From contig NW_027191404.1 of the NCBI RefSeq assembly GCF_041146345.1, positions 1,178,001-1,242,000 on the forward strand: 64,000 nt of DNA, given 5' to 3'. This document shows positions 38,544-50,606 of the stretch, piece after piece. Source of the stretch: Neodothiora populina. Taxonomy: Eukaryota. The position numbers and the translations under genes were made by a program. The stretch's first letter is position 1. Each line of letters starts with the position of its first letter. The notes under the pieces are model-generated. The model worked only from the letters and a program-made list of their open reading frames with translations, was not told the origin of the DNA and searched no databases.

Positions 38544-40701
38544 TCACATCTCGCGGTAGTCGACGGACCGCTGTCTCTTATTCCGCGCTTGATGGCGGTG
38601 AGGATTCACCGGCTTGCGAATATAGGCGTCGTCTTCGACCTGTGCGCTCCCTGCCTGCGAAGGCATCTGAGGCTGCTGTTGTTGCTGAGGCGGTTGCTGC
38701 GGTGTTTGTTGCTGCTGTTGCTGTTGCTGAGGCTTGTAGCCATGATTGTTGTTGTTGTTGTGGTTCCAGCCTTGATGGTTGTTCATATTGCCGTTCTGCT
38801 GCCATTGTTGGCCCTGACCTTGACCTCGGCCGTAGCCTCCGTTACCATTAGCCATCATGGGGTTGGTCCCGTACATGTTTCGCTGCTGGTTCTGGTTGGG
38901 GAAGCCATTGCCCACGCCGCCACCACCTCCCATCATGCCGTTCATACCGCCGTTCATTGGGAATCCGCCCATACCGCCCCATCCCGGGTTCATCATCATG
39001 GGGTTCATTCCCATCATGCCCATTGGTGGCATACCCATCATGGGATTGGGAAAGCCCATGTTCATATTCGGGGGCATGATGTTCATTGCTTGTTGGTTTG
39101 GTGGGAGACCCTGGGACATGGCGTTCATTTGTTGAACGAATGCGTCCATGGGGTTCGCGGGAGCGTTGTTTATCGGCATGTTATTCTGTTGTTTACGCAT
39201 AGCTGCTGGACCTGTCGGGATACGTGTGTTCTCGAGCGGATCCTCTGCAGCTCGCTTCTTCGAGTCAGCCGAAGGTGGTTGCGGCGTAGCTGATGCAGAC
39301 TTGGTTCCGTTGGTTGCAGTGACAGCAGCATTAGCTGCTGCTGCTGCGGGTTTTGGAGATGCGGAGTTTTTCGCATCTTGCTTGCCAGGAGATGTCACGT
39401 CTTTTTCGGAAGACTTCTCGGGAGGAGGAGTGACAGACTTCTCCTTGGCTTCCTTCTTGGCCTGGGCCTTCTCCTCTTCGTACGTCTTGATCTTCTTCAC
39501 CGTTTCATCATCAGTGATGAGATTGTCGACAAGGACGTTATCCGAAGAGCAACCAGGGCAGACAAAATCATTACCGAGAAGTGCATTTTCGATACAATCA
39601 CGACAGTACGTCTTGCCACAACAAGGAGTTTTCATTGGGTCAACAAACATTCGTTTGTCAATAGGACATTCCAACCCCATTTCACGCATCTTCTGATCGC
39701 TGGTCGCGACCGCTTCAGCCTTTTCGGCAGATGCCTTTGCTTTGGCCTGGAATTGTTCCCATGCTACCTTGTCCGGCTCTGCAACAACCCATTCGCCAGT
39801 GGAAGTATACATCACGCCAGCCGGGAGTTGTGAGACATCAACAGTTCCATCCTTTGTGAGCGCGGTAGGCTTCTCGACCACCTTGAGGAATGACCGCGGG
39901 ATACCCGTCGTTCGTCTGAACTTGGGACGACCATCAAAGGTAGGGTCATTGTTTGTGGGACACGCTTGAATCCAATGTCCTGGTGATAAGTCAGTCGAAT
40001 GCTCGAGTCTATTTTTTTTTTATTATCGACTTACCCTTTTCGCCACAACGATGGCAAGTGTAGCCAGGGGGCAACGGCTTGTCAGGCACACTGACTGTCT
40101 TCTGGAAACCTCCGGGTCTATGAATGGCTTTTTGACTGCGGCCTTGTTAGTCTACTGATGACATGAATACAGCACTGCGGGATACTTACTTAGCCATTTG
40201 TTGTTGTTGCTGTTCCCATGCCTCGCCGCCAGCCTGGAACATGGCGGCGATCTTCTCCTCCTCAGTCATGTTCGACTTATCGGCAGCAGGATTCGATGAT
40301 GGAGCTGCGGCTGATGGTGCTGTTCTTGTAGCCTCGACTCTGTGCTGATTCTTTGCCGTCACAGGCATCTTGCCGGAAACATATCTCGCGGCTCTACCTG
40401 CGCCCGGTCGTGCAGCAGGTAGACGCCTGGCAACAACAGTAGTGCCTCTCGAGATGATACTTGTGTCGTCGTCGTATTCTGAAGACGTCAATTTATGTTC
40501 GGATCGCATTTTGCATGTTTCAAGCCTACCTTCATTGGTATCGACGCTGTAGATAGCAAGGTCGAAGTCGGTTCCGTCACCTAAACCACTGATGCTGATA
40601 ATGTCTCTTTTGAGCTCGAACACCGAGATACCGGTGCCGTCAAAGGTCACTCGCTGGGGCTCCTTTTGCGACTTGAACTTGAAGAACACGGAAGAAGACA
40701 T
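38544..40701 (-). CDS. MPE1: Cleavage/polyadenylation factor Mpe1 (RBBP6 homolog): DWNN ubiquitin-like, zinc knuckle, RING, Q/N/G/M-rich tail. Introns 40479-40529, 40136-40189, 39980-40034
   Basis: MSSSVFFKFKSQKEPQRVTFDGTGISVFELKRDII; PPGYTCHRCGEK|GHWIQACP; RRTTGIPRSFL; CPID..TPCCGKTYCRDCI..CPGC. Confidence 0.95.
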
Positions 40702-42560
40702 TGTGGCAGTCACTAATGGTATATCCCCAGTGTGACAAGAGTCGTAGGTACACGACAGTTATATTCAAGAAAGCAGGTTGTGATTGTCAGGTCAACAAGA
40801 CCAGAATATATCGAGCCAGCAGTCGATTCCGGACAGTTATTGTTAAGTGGACAATAAAATGTCTTAATTGAGATTTGTGCCTTTTGCGTATGCCGACTAC
40901 GTGTAGAATGAAAATAGGGGGGGATTTGGGAGATGCAAAACCTCCTCAACACTAAATGGGGAAAACAGAAAGGGACGTGAGAGTTACACAAATGTGATGT
41001 TTCTCAAGGAGTGTGATCAGAGATGCGATGTTTTTTTCTTATGTTTTTGGTAATAACCACGACACGGGGCAGCAAATTATTTGCTTGGATGTCTTCCCTC
41101 GCAGACAAATCTCTTTCTCTCTGATGATCCTGCTCGTCTTTTTTCCTGACTCTTTTGAAGCTGCTTACTCACAAAAGTGACAGCGCAGACGTGACGTAAG
41201 GCTGATCAGTCACTCAGTTGCGACGGTGATGCTCAAGCGATGTTTACGGTGAAGTTGCTGATACAGTGTCGCCGCGGTAAGCAGTCGCCGCGAACTGAAG
41301 TATAACGATGATACGTTCTGGTGTGGTTGTTGAGAGGTTGATGAGATGGACGTTGTAAAGATGAAAGAGGAGTAGATGAAGAGAAGGGCTTGCAGTGGTC
41401 TTGCCACGACGTCGTCTTGCAGGTCTGAGTAAGCGCGCCAAGCCTTCGCCAAGATTCGTTCTGCTTCCGGCGTTTTGGATGCAGAAGTCGCCAATGGCTG
41501 CTCATGAGGAAACGAACGAGTGAGGTACGTGCCTTGCTACAGAATTGCCTTGATCATGGACCTTGAATAAGGCCCCTCTGATTCACACTCATTCTGGATG
41601 AAGGAGAGACAATGTTGGACGATATTGTCACATGTGCCAGCACTGGTTCGGCTCCGAGCTCATACAGCAGTGAGCGCGTCTCGAGACTTGGAAAATTATA
41701 AATGAGCATGCTAAAGCCTGCTCGGCGCAAGCAGCCCGTCAGTGATGGGCCAAGTCGTGTCTCACATATACTCAGAAATGCAGAGTGAACTGCAGCTAAT
41801 TTGTGCTCTACAGAGTGATGGCATGCTGTACATGTACGCACAAGCATTGTAGTAGATATGTTTGACTTTAGTTGCCACCACACCCGCGCATGCCCGGACA
41901 AGTATAACACCTGGTTTGGCTGTAGAGACAGCCTGTGGGCGAGGTCTGTTCAATATCATGAGCTGGTTCTGTATGATCTTCCAGAACAACGTGGCGTCAA
42001 ACAGTGTCGAGGCCCCATGGCATTGGTAACCAGAATCAGCTCTATAGGTGACGGCATTTCCATCGCGTCTCGGCTTGAAGGTATATACACCTCTCAAAGC
42101 CTTCTTCAGGCTAACCAGGGAGCCTCAAAGTCGAGTTCCGAAGGTACGCCTACCTAATGTGGAAGATTACTTAGTTATAGGGAGCGGAACATCAGAAGAT
42201 ACTCTTGTAATTGTATATACTCTGAGATATTACAGTCCACCTTTTCTTTCCGAACATCAAAAGGTTGTCGCGAATGTTCGATATGTGCTAGGCCATATTC
42301 ATATATCCACAATGTCGCTCTGAACAGTGAGAACACAGATCATATCAATTGCCGCAAGCAGTGCTCTTTCGATCATCGAGCGAAGAGGGTTCTTTGGAGT
42401 CTGTGGTTCGGGAAAATCGGAGACGTGAGAACTGGCGAGAATATAATTGGAAAATGTGAGTTTCGCAGCTTTTTCAAGATGCTTGTGTATGATACAGCAG
42501 AATACAGCATCCCTCTAGTGTGTTCATTCGGGATATCAATGCCAAAGCCAATGCCACATC

Positions 42561-42982
42561 CTACTCGTCGTCATCATCGCCCTCCGCGAGGTACTTCTGC
42601 TTGATGTCCTTCCATTGTCGCTATTATTGTGTTAGTCGCAGAGTCGGAAGTTCAAGGGGTTCTTTACGTACGCCGCGGTTGATGCTGTCCCAGACGCCGG
42701 CGGAGGCGTTATCCCAGACACTAGGAAAAGAGAAATCAGTAGGTAGTCAACAGGTACACAAGTACAGCAGATGCTCACATCTCGAGAGCGAAAGCGCTGA
42801 CGAAGACAGTGCTGAGGAAGATGGCGTTCCTCTTGAAGAGGGTGCTGTTGACTGTTAGAGGATTATATGCTGTAGGAGTTAGATCGCGACTTGCTTGTAG
42901 ATGCCGGTGATTGCCTGTGATCGCACTGTCAGTCTGGTTGATCCGAGTCTACCGTGGTGGCGCATAGACTTACGCTGGCCAT
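42561..42982 (-). CDS. QCR9: Cytochrome bc1 complex subunit 9. Five exons: 42974-42982, 42895-42914, 42779-42844, 42672-42720, 42561-42620
   Basis: Spliced translation MASAITGIYNTLFKRNAIFLSTVFVSAFALEIVWDNASAGVWDSINRGRQWKDIKQKYLAEGDDDE*, with the family motif WD..N.GRQWKDIK. Not present in the ORF track. Confidence 0.93.
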
Positions 42983-43353
42983 TTTGGAGGATGCTCTGTA
43001 CGATTGACTTGTGTGGAGAGAAAATGGGATTGTCGTCGACAGGCAGTGACAAGGCGGATTGAACAAATTCAAGGATTGGTATACCTTCGTACTCTGAGAT
43101 TCAAGACGGCTCGAAGTCGAAGCGGGCGCGGTAAAGAAAGGCTCGTCTCTGATTGGCTGATCTACACTTCTGCCGTAGGGCTGAACTACCATACACCATT
43201 TCCATCGAAATGCCATTATTGCCCACCTTGTCAAGACACAATAATGCAATAGACACGAAGTTCTACGAGTGTAACTACAAACTAAGAAATCAAATACAAT
43301 CAAACATCAATTTGGCTTTACCTTGGGTCTGTAGACGACCATTCCAATCAAAG

Positions 43354-43941
43354 ATGGCGCCATCTGCGACGCAAGATCAAAAAGTGGCAGTGTCCAAGGC
43401 AGGCATTACTACCTCAGAGACCGGACAACGTCACATCCCTTCTTCAGTCCGTCCCGATGGCACACTCAGGAAAGAGATCCGTGTACGCCCAGGCTATCGT
43501 CCTCCAGAAGATGTAGAGGTGTACAAGAACAGGACCGCTGCGGCATGGAAAGATCGTGGTAAAGGCCCTATTCCCGGCTCGGAGGCCGTAACCAAAGATG
43601 AGAGCTCCTCTGCCGCTGCCAATAAGAACGCAAAACGTAGGGAGGCCCGCAAAAAAGCAGCGACATCTGCAAACCCGGATGCACCCAAGACTCCTGTTCC
43701 AGAAGCGGCAAAGGAAGAGCCTCTTGATCCAGAGGCAGAGAAGGCCAAAGAGGCTCGCAAACTTACGAAGAAGCTACGCCAGGCTCGTGATCTCAAGAAC
43801 AAGAAGGAGCAGGGCGATGCTTTGTTGCCTGAGCAATTCGAGAAGGTGATCAAGATCAACGAGCTCATCCGCCAGCTTGACAAGCTTGGCTTCGATGCAG
43901 AGGGCGAGAAGAAGGCCGCGGAGACCGAAACGGGAAGCTGA
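43354..43941 (+). CDS. PYM1: Partner of Y14 and Mago (PYM/WIBG), exon junction complex disassembly factor
   Basis: Mago-binding domain GQRHIPSSVRPDGTLRKEIRVRPGYRPPEDVEVY; C-terminal KEARKLTKKLRQARDL..LLPEQFEKV. Confidence 0.93.
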   Translation: MAPSATQDQKVAVSKAGITTSETGQRHIPSSVRPDGTLRKEIRVRPGYRPPEDVEVYKNRTAAAWKDRGKGPIPGSEAVTKDESSSAAANKNAKRREARKKAATSANPDAPKTPVPEAAKEEPLDPEAEKAKEARKLTKKLRQARDLKNKKEQGDALLPEQFEKVIKINELIRQLDKLGFDAEGEKKAAETETGS

Positions 43942-44311
43942 TCATCGTGCCCACCTCACTCTACATTTTCTATCACCTCTAGAAGGTATCGAGTCACAAG
44001 AGACAATCCTCCCCAGCCTCGCGCTCGCTTGAGGAGCCCTTATGGGTTACAAGACGGACATCACTAATGCAATGCTCTCGTTCCACCCGTTCGCGCTGGC
44101 GCGTGGCTATGCAAGCTTCAACGTTAGCTTTGTCGCGCCTTCCTGCATACCAGCGCATCGCGAGATAGCTCGAGTCGCATTCAGCAAGGATGACTTCTTG
44201 AAGCATTAGACTTCACATTCTTGTGGACGCGGTATAAGAAATTTCTGCCCAAATGGGACAGATCATCAGCATATCCAAAAAGCGCTGCGCCGACGCCTCC
44301 TGCAGCTAGAG

Positions 44312-44859
44312 CTACATATCCAAATTGACAATTATACATGCAACAAGCACAGTCTCCAAGAGACCGAAGTCCGATTCAGTCCTCAAATGCAGTTCCATTG
44401 GTTGCACATCCACCTTGACCAAAGATGATCCGCCCGTCCTGCCTCCATTGAGATCCGATCTTAGACGACTTTGCAGCTCTTGCGTCGTCTGGACTTGTGA
44501 CCAGAACTCCACGCTGTCAGCTTCACCGCACAATTCGATAACAGTGTACTTGGTGTCTTCGAGTTCGACGAACTCGAGCTTTTTCGATGCGTCTAGAAGA
44601 TTGTTGGTCTTGACTCTGTACGTTCGCATGACCGCGCAGACTCACTGATTTGATCTTTGGGAAGAAGCAACAGTGTTCTCTTCGATATGCCATAACGAGC
44701 GCGCGCTTCCACTGCCTCCTGGATCTTGAGAGCGGCCGATGCTACATGGTGTGATCGGTAGATCGTCACCTCGTCTGCATAAGTGGCTAGCCATACCGGC
44801 CTTCTGCCCTTTTCTGAAGCCGAACTTGATTCTGCGTACGGAGGTGGTGCATCAGCCAT
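44312..44859 (-). CDS. Hypothetical protein with N-terminal PPPY motif; intron about 44593-44645
   Basis: Start context CAAGATGG, MADAPPPYAESSS. A GTGAGT...TAG intron joins it in frame to ...SVEFWSQ...LRTESDFGLLET...*. Confidence 0.7.
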
Positions 44860-45615
44860 CTTGACTGCGGCAAGTTGTATGAAGGTGTGATTGTTTCTAT
44901 TCAGGAAGGAGGAGGGATATTCCGAGGTTGAGGGAAGAACCACAAGCAACTATGAAGTGAATCTGCAGGTGCAGGTGTGATCGTCGGTGCAGTAGCATCA
45001 CTGGCACTGCCTGGCTTCTGTGACTTCAACGACTCGCTAGGCTAACCGAGCCGACAAACTATACGGGTGTTGTACCAGCGACTTAGGCGTATTATGGCCC
45101 ACCAGGGACGTGTTATTTCCAGGCGTCCAAGCTATCAGACATTCCAATCCTTCGTTCGGTCGATTAGAAGCTTTTAGCTCCATACCGTTAGGCAATCAGA
45201 GGCGGTGCAAAGCATTGAAGTCTGGGGACCATCGGTCTTGGCGAGTCTTGGTATATGACCTTCTGCCATACGATCCTAGACATTGCAACAGAATCAGGCA
45301 TCACGTTCGTCGTCTCACAAACCTACGCAAGTGCGCCTGCAAATCGCAGGTACGCCTTGTCGTGCTGACCTGTCAACCACCTCAACTGCCAAGTCTGATA
45401 CCCCGTGCTTGCCGGTCAGAAGATTGCCTATGTCGCAAAGCAAGCGAAGCGAACGAGGCGATGCGATGATACTAGGTATGGCAGTGCGAAGAGGAGGTGA
45501 GGATATGAGTCAGATCATAAGTATAAATGTCCTGTCTTGAAGGGAGTATTATCTGCAAAACTTCAGACCCCCATCGTTCTATCACTTCCACTTGACCACC
45601 AAGACCACCGTGACA

Positions 45616-47192
45616 ATGTGGTACCACGTCTCCAAGCCCAACACCTACCTCGTCATTACTGGCGCAGGAGTGGAAAATGTCAGGATCAAGAAGAAGGCAT
45701 TCGTCATGCCCTTCCAGAAGGTGTGTGAGAAATGCATCTTGCATCAAAGTGTATGATCCAAAAAGTGTATTGAGCTTTGTTACAGGTCACGGAGATTGCC
45801 ATTACTCCTTTCGAATTCCCTCTTGCATTGCAAGCTATGACATCTGAGAAGCTCAAGTTCTCTTTGCCTGCAGTATTCACCATCGGACCTCAGGACGATC
45901 CAGAGGCATTGATCAAATACTCCGTTCTTCTTTCCGGCAATTCAGAGGGTCAAATTAACCAAGGCACCATTTCTACTGGCCGCAGTCATGTCCAGGACAT
46001 CGTCAAAGGCATCATTGAAGGCGAGACTCGCGCCATCGTCTCGACTATGACCATGGAAGAGATCTTCAACAAGCGCCAGGTCTTCAAGGACAAGGTCATC
46101 AAGTGCGTGCAATCTGAGCTCGATCAATTCGGTCTCAAAGTCTACAATGCCAACGTCAAAGAGCTGCAAGACACCGACGGTTCGCAGTACTTTGCCTTCT
46201 TGTCTAAGAAGGCGCACGAAGGTGCTCAGAACCAGGCCAAGGTCGATGTCGCCAACGCACGCATGATTGGTGAGGTGGGAGAGGCAGAGAAACAGGGTCA
46301 GACCAAGCAGAAAATTGCAATAATCCACGCTCAGACAGCCGTCCTCGAGACCGAGCGTAAAGTGGAAAAGGCAGCCGCAGACGCTCGTCTCAAGAGCCGT
46401 GAGATCGAGATCGAGCGTGAGCTGAACCTCGAGCGCATCGCGGCCACGCGCATGGCCGAAGAGAGAGACGCAGAGTTGCTCAAGGTGGTCGAACAGAAGA
46501 AAGCTGAGAAAGAGTTGGAACGTCTGCGTGCCACCGTCGTCACCCAGGCCCGCATCGCCAAAGAGTCCGCTCAAGAGCATGCTGATGGTGAATTCTATCG
46601 CATCAGCAAGTCAACTGACGCTGAGAACTATCGCATCAGTAAGTCGACCGATGCCGAAGCCTATCGCATCAGCAAGTCGACCGATGCTGCGATATATAAA
46701 CAACGAGCCAACGCAGACGTCGACTTCCATATCAAGGAGCGTGCAGCCGAGGCACAATTCATCACCAAGAAGCGCGAGGCAGAAGCGCTATATATCGTCC
46801 GACAACAGGAGGCAGCTGGTCTTGAACAGCTCGCCAAGGCTTACACCGCCCTCGCCGAACCTCTTGGAGGACCTCGGGGCTTGATGGAATACCTCATGCT
46901 CCAAGCGGGAGTCTTCGAGAAACTCGCCGATTCTTCTGCTCGCGCCATCCAGGGCTTGCAGCCAAAGATCAATGTCTGGACCACGGGTAGTGGAGAAGGT
47001 GCGGACCCTACCGCTCCCATCAGGAACTTGTTCCAGGCTATTCCTCCCATCGCAAGCACTCTGTTCGATCAGACTGGCATGGCTCCTCCAGCCTGGATGA
47101 TGCAAATGCCCAAGGAAGAGCAGGCTCAGTCGAACGGGGTTGACGCCAAGGCTCTCATGAAGCAGAAGATGGCCAATGGTGTCAGTAAATGA
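45616..47192 (+). CDS. floA: Fungal flotillin (SPFH/band 7 family); intron 45721-45785
   Basis: MWYHVSKPNTYLVITGAGV...PFQK|V...QAMTSEKLKFSLPAVFTIGP, GIIEGETRAIVSTMTMEEIF, FGLKVYNANVKEL, EA-rich coiled coil, AIQGLQPKINVWTTG. Confidence 0.93.
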
Positions 47193-47901
47193 CCACGTCT
47201 GAAGATGATCGAGTATTGACCACGGCTATCGAGCCTGGCGGCTGTTGTTTCTTTTATTATCGCACGTTGCAAGTCCTTTTACGCTAATGTCCGTTTTGTT
47301 TAATCTACGATGCTGGCTGGGTTTTCGGAGCCGAGCGATATACCACGAAGGTGAATTTTTCAATCGAGTCTATTATCACGCCGCTAGACCTCTACCATGA
47401 TTATATAATCGCAAGTTCCCAATCCTGGTCAACTCAAACTTCTTGTCTTATGATTGCGTTTTGTATTTGTTACACAATGATAACATACTTGTACGTAGAG
47501 CGGATCGTACCGACAGCGACCCCACATATCCTAACCGTGAATGGAGTCCCCAGGGCGTGAAAGAGTGACGATGACTCCATGTCTGCTATAATAATGTTAC
47601 CCCCACGAACTGTGACTCTGATCCACAGGAAAAGTTAAATCCCTGGTGACTACTGTCAAGTGACTCACGTGTAACTCCATTGAATTGTCGGAAGACTATA
47701 TATGCAAGAACAGAATAAGTCGCTGTGTTATTTCCTTGATTTCCGTTATCTATCAAGTCTTATTGTCTAGCTTGTTGAACATTGAACTATAAAGTACGAT
47801 AAGCTATAGTCTCAGACATTGATTCTTTCACTCTCTGTAAATCAGCATCTACCTATTCTATACATAGCCAAAGAGAGCAATTAGAAGACCAAAGTGCAAA
47901 G

Positions 47902-48966
47902 ATGGCTTCCCTAACCTACACAACCCTCGACGTCTTCACGAACAAGAAATACGCCGGGAACCCACTAGCGGTAGTCCACCTGCCCTCGGACATCTCCTTG
48001 ACTCAGACCCAAAAACAAACCATCGCGCGCGAGTTCAACTACTCGGAGACGGTCTTCTTGCACGTTCCCGCAAGCAACACTTCCCCATCTGCTCTTACAG
48101 GAAAGGATGCCACAGACGAGATCCCAGAATGGCGTCTAGACATATTCACAATAGACGCCGAGATCCCCTTCGCAGGACACCCGACAATCGGCTCCGCAGT
48201 GCATGTGCTCAAGCAACGAGCTCAAGCCCTTCAACAAGCCTCTCCTTCTTCTTCATCTGCATCGCTCATTCGCGGCCGCTTCGCAATCAAAGCCGGAAAG
48301 CTAAACCTAACCTACGACCCAATCTCCAAACAAGCACGCGCTCTGATTCCGCATAATTTACACATCCACTCAGCGCACAACATCTCTCTATCCTCAGTAC
48401 TAGACATGCAGAGCCGCCTCGCACGAATCCTATCCCAAGCCCAGAACCCAGTCGAGCAATCAGACTTCAACGTCATCAGTCCCGTAAAAGGCATGACATT
48501 CGCCACGCTCAGCCTGCCGTCTCTGGAGGCTCTAGCAGCCGTGAGCACGTGTCCTGCGATCCCTAGAGCAGACCTGAAACTCGATGAAGACTGGGACGTC
48601 GGGCCTGTATTCTACTTCTTCTACGTTTTTCTGCCTTCATCCCCGTCTGACACTGGATCCGAAAGCGGCGAAGAAGTAATCAGACTCAGAACGCGCATGA
48701 TGGAGCCTGCGTTCGAGGATCCCGCGACGGGGAGTGCGTCTGCGGGATTGGCTGCTTTCATTGCTCTGCGCGAATATAACAGCAGCAAGAACAAGGCGGA
48801 GGGAAAGAGACAGGTGTTCAAGTTCGAGATGACGCAGGCTGTCGAGATGGGCAGACAGAGTGATATCGGCGTCGAAGTCGCGATTGGCGAGAACGGGGAG
48901 GTCGAGAGCGTCGAGTTGGCTGGGGGCGCGGAGGAAGTTATGCAGGGCAGGGTGTTTTATGAGTGA
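47902..48966 (+). CDS. PhzF/DAP-epimerase-like isomerase
   Basis: LDVFT...GNPLAVV, EFNYSETVF, EIPFAGHPTIG, EDPATGSA, QAVEMGRQS. No intron. Confidence 0.93.
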   Translation: MASLTYTTLDVFTNKKYAGNPLAVVHLPSDISLTQTQKQTIAREFNYSETVFLHVPASNTSPSALTGKDATDEIPEWRLDIFTIDAEIPFAGHPTIGSAVHVLKQRAQALQQASPSSSSASLIRGRFAIKAGKLNLTYDPISKQARALIPHNLHIHSAHNISLSSVLDMQSRLARILSQAQNPVEQSDFNVISPVKGMTFATLSLPSLEALAAVSTCPAIPRADLKLDEDWDVGPVFYFFYVFLPSSPSDTGSESGEEVIRLRTRMMEPAFEDPATGSASAGLAAFIALREYNSSKNKAEGKRQVFKFEMTQAVEMGRQSDIGVEVAIGENGEVESVELAGGAEEVMQGRVFYE

Positions 48967-50606
48967 GATGACTAGGCTCACTCACTGTTTCAAAGCGTGA
49001 TGGAGCAGAAGCTAAAACCATGTTATATTCGAAGAACAACAGAACCATGTACATCAATAGCATCAAGTTCGTGGAGATAACTCGAACCCCTTCACGGATG
49101 AAGACTTATGTTTTCTAAATGGTGTCCTACTATACCTTCCAATACTCCTCGCTGACTCGACTCATCTCTTGATTAACCCTGTGGTCAACAACCAGAAGAT
49201 GTAAGACACTTCACTGTCAATTAAGGAGTATTCAGTTGGCAATGGCTAAACTTATAATGCTAGGAGCTAAGTATTCATTTATGTATATAACAGCGTTTAG
49301 CCACAATCCAAGCACGATCAGTGTGGCCAAAACAATTGGACTGTTGCTGAGAGGTCCACCATTTCGTCAACCCGATCAGTCTCTACCTAGCCCGTAGTCT
49401 TCATCCAACCACACACAACCCCATCAATGAATTCATAGGGTAGAAAGGATACGGTCCGTCCCATGACATATAAATCCCATATCCGGGACGAAAAACAAAA
49501 GATAGAGCTACTGTCAATGCCATCACAGAGAACCTTCGTCACCTAGCACAAAGACCGGAGAATTACTGTCCATCATATGGCATACTGTCTGTGCTCCATC
49601 AACTAATGCATTTATAGGCAAGAAGAGCAACCATATCTTACATTCATCTGTGAATGAACAAGTACAATAAACACAGATATCACTAGGAGAATGCGCAGAG
49701 ACAAATCTGGACAAAGTAGGTTGAAGTAATATAACATTCATTCATTTGGAATATTGTACTTTGAAGAAAGTAAGCTGACCGACCGCTACCATCATGCGAT
49801 GAAAGACCGGCATGTTTCCGTCTCCTTTTCTTGTCCTTCCCATTCCCTATTCCCTCAAGGTTTCTTCGACTACCTCTTCTTTTCTTTGAAAAGAGTCGTG
49901 AAACAATACCTGAAACGAAAAAAGGAAAAACAAAGTCGACCGGTGAGGCAGTTTGTTACTTTTCCTCGTAATAACCTTTAAAGGAGCAAGAAAGAATCTA
50001 GACTCTCCATGAGGATGAACGTGATACCCATTGAAGAACGCCTCCAGCGCCATGCTCAATCATGCAGCATATTTTTGTTTCCGTGTTGCAAAGCAGTAAA
50101 AAAAAAAGAGAAAAGAAAAGAATTGACAAGAATCGAAATAGAAAAGGAGCAAATACATTATCGTCCATCGATCGTACAACTCCGATTTGACTTTTGGTTT
50201 TGAGGTCACAAGAAGAGAAAAGAACAAAAGACTTTTTTCCCACTTGCAAACCGCCCCGAGACCTTTGGGTTATTGACGCCTAACCCAAGGTCGTGATAGA
50301 ACATATGTCAACAAAGGAGATGTAATAAAAAAGGGAACGTTGGAAGCGTAGGCGGTGTCTGAAGTTATGCCAGCCGAAGTCTGTGCCACGATAGCCACAG
50401 CTCGGAGTCGATGTCATAATCGACCTTCTTCAGTCGTGTTTGATCAAGGAACGTAGAGGTTGCGTCAAGTAGTGAAAACATGAGAGATGATGTGTGCAGA
50501 GAGATCGGAAGGAGATGCCACTCGCCCTTGCACTACAAAGTGCTCGGAGATGGCATCGAGAAACACATTCGATCGATGGTCAAATGCAAGTCGTGTGATC
50601 GAAGAT

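Noticed and set aside
38589..39833. Long antisense ORFs over MPE1 (similarly over SRC1, stuA and flotillin)
   Set aside because: These are shadow ORFs caused by codon bias and low complexity of the real genes.
41200..42330. Gene or transposon remnant between MPE1 and QCR9
   Set aside because: Only short ORFs with no motifs, terminal repeats or consistent splice pattern were seen.
43153..43353. TTG-initiated N-terminal extension of PYM
   Set aside because: It overlaps the short divergent QCR9/PYM promoter and is not protein-like; ATG 43354 has a good context and starts the conserved domain.
47902..48966. Phenazine pathway or horizontal transfer of phzF
   Set aside because: No other phz genes are present, and PhzF-like proteins are widespread in fungi. 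Lack of introns alone is not evidence of transfer.
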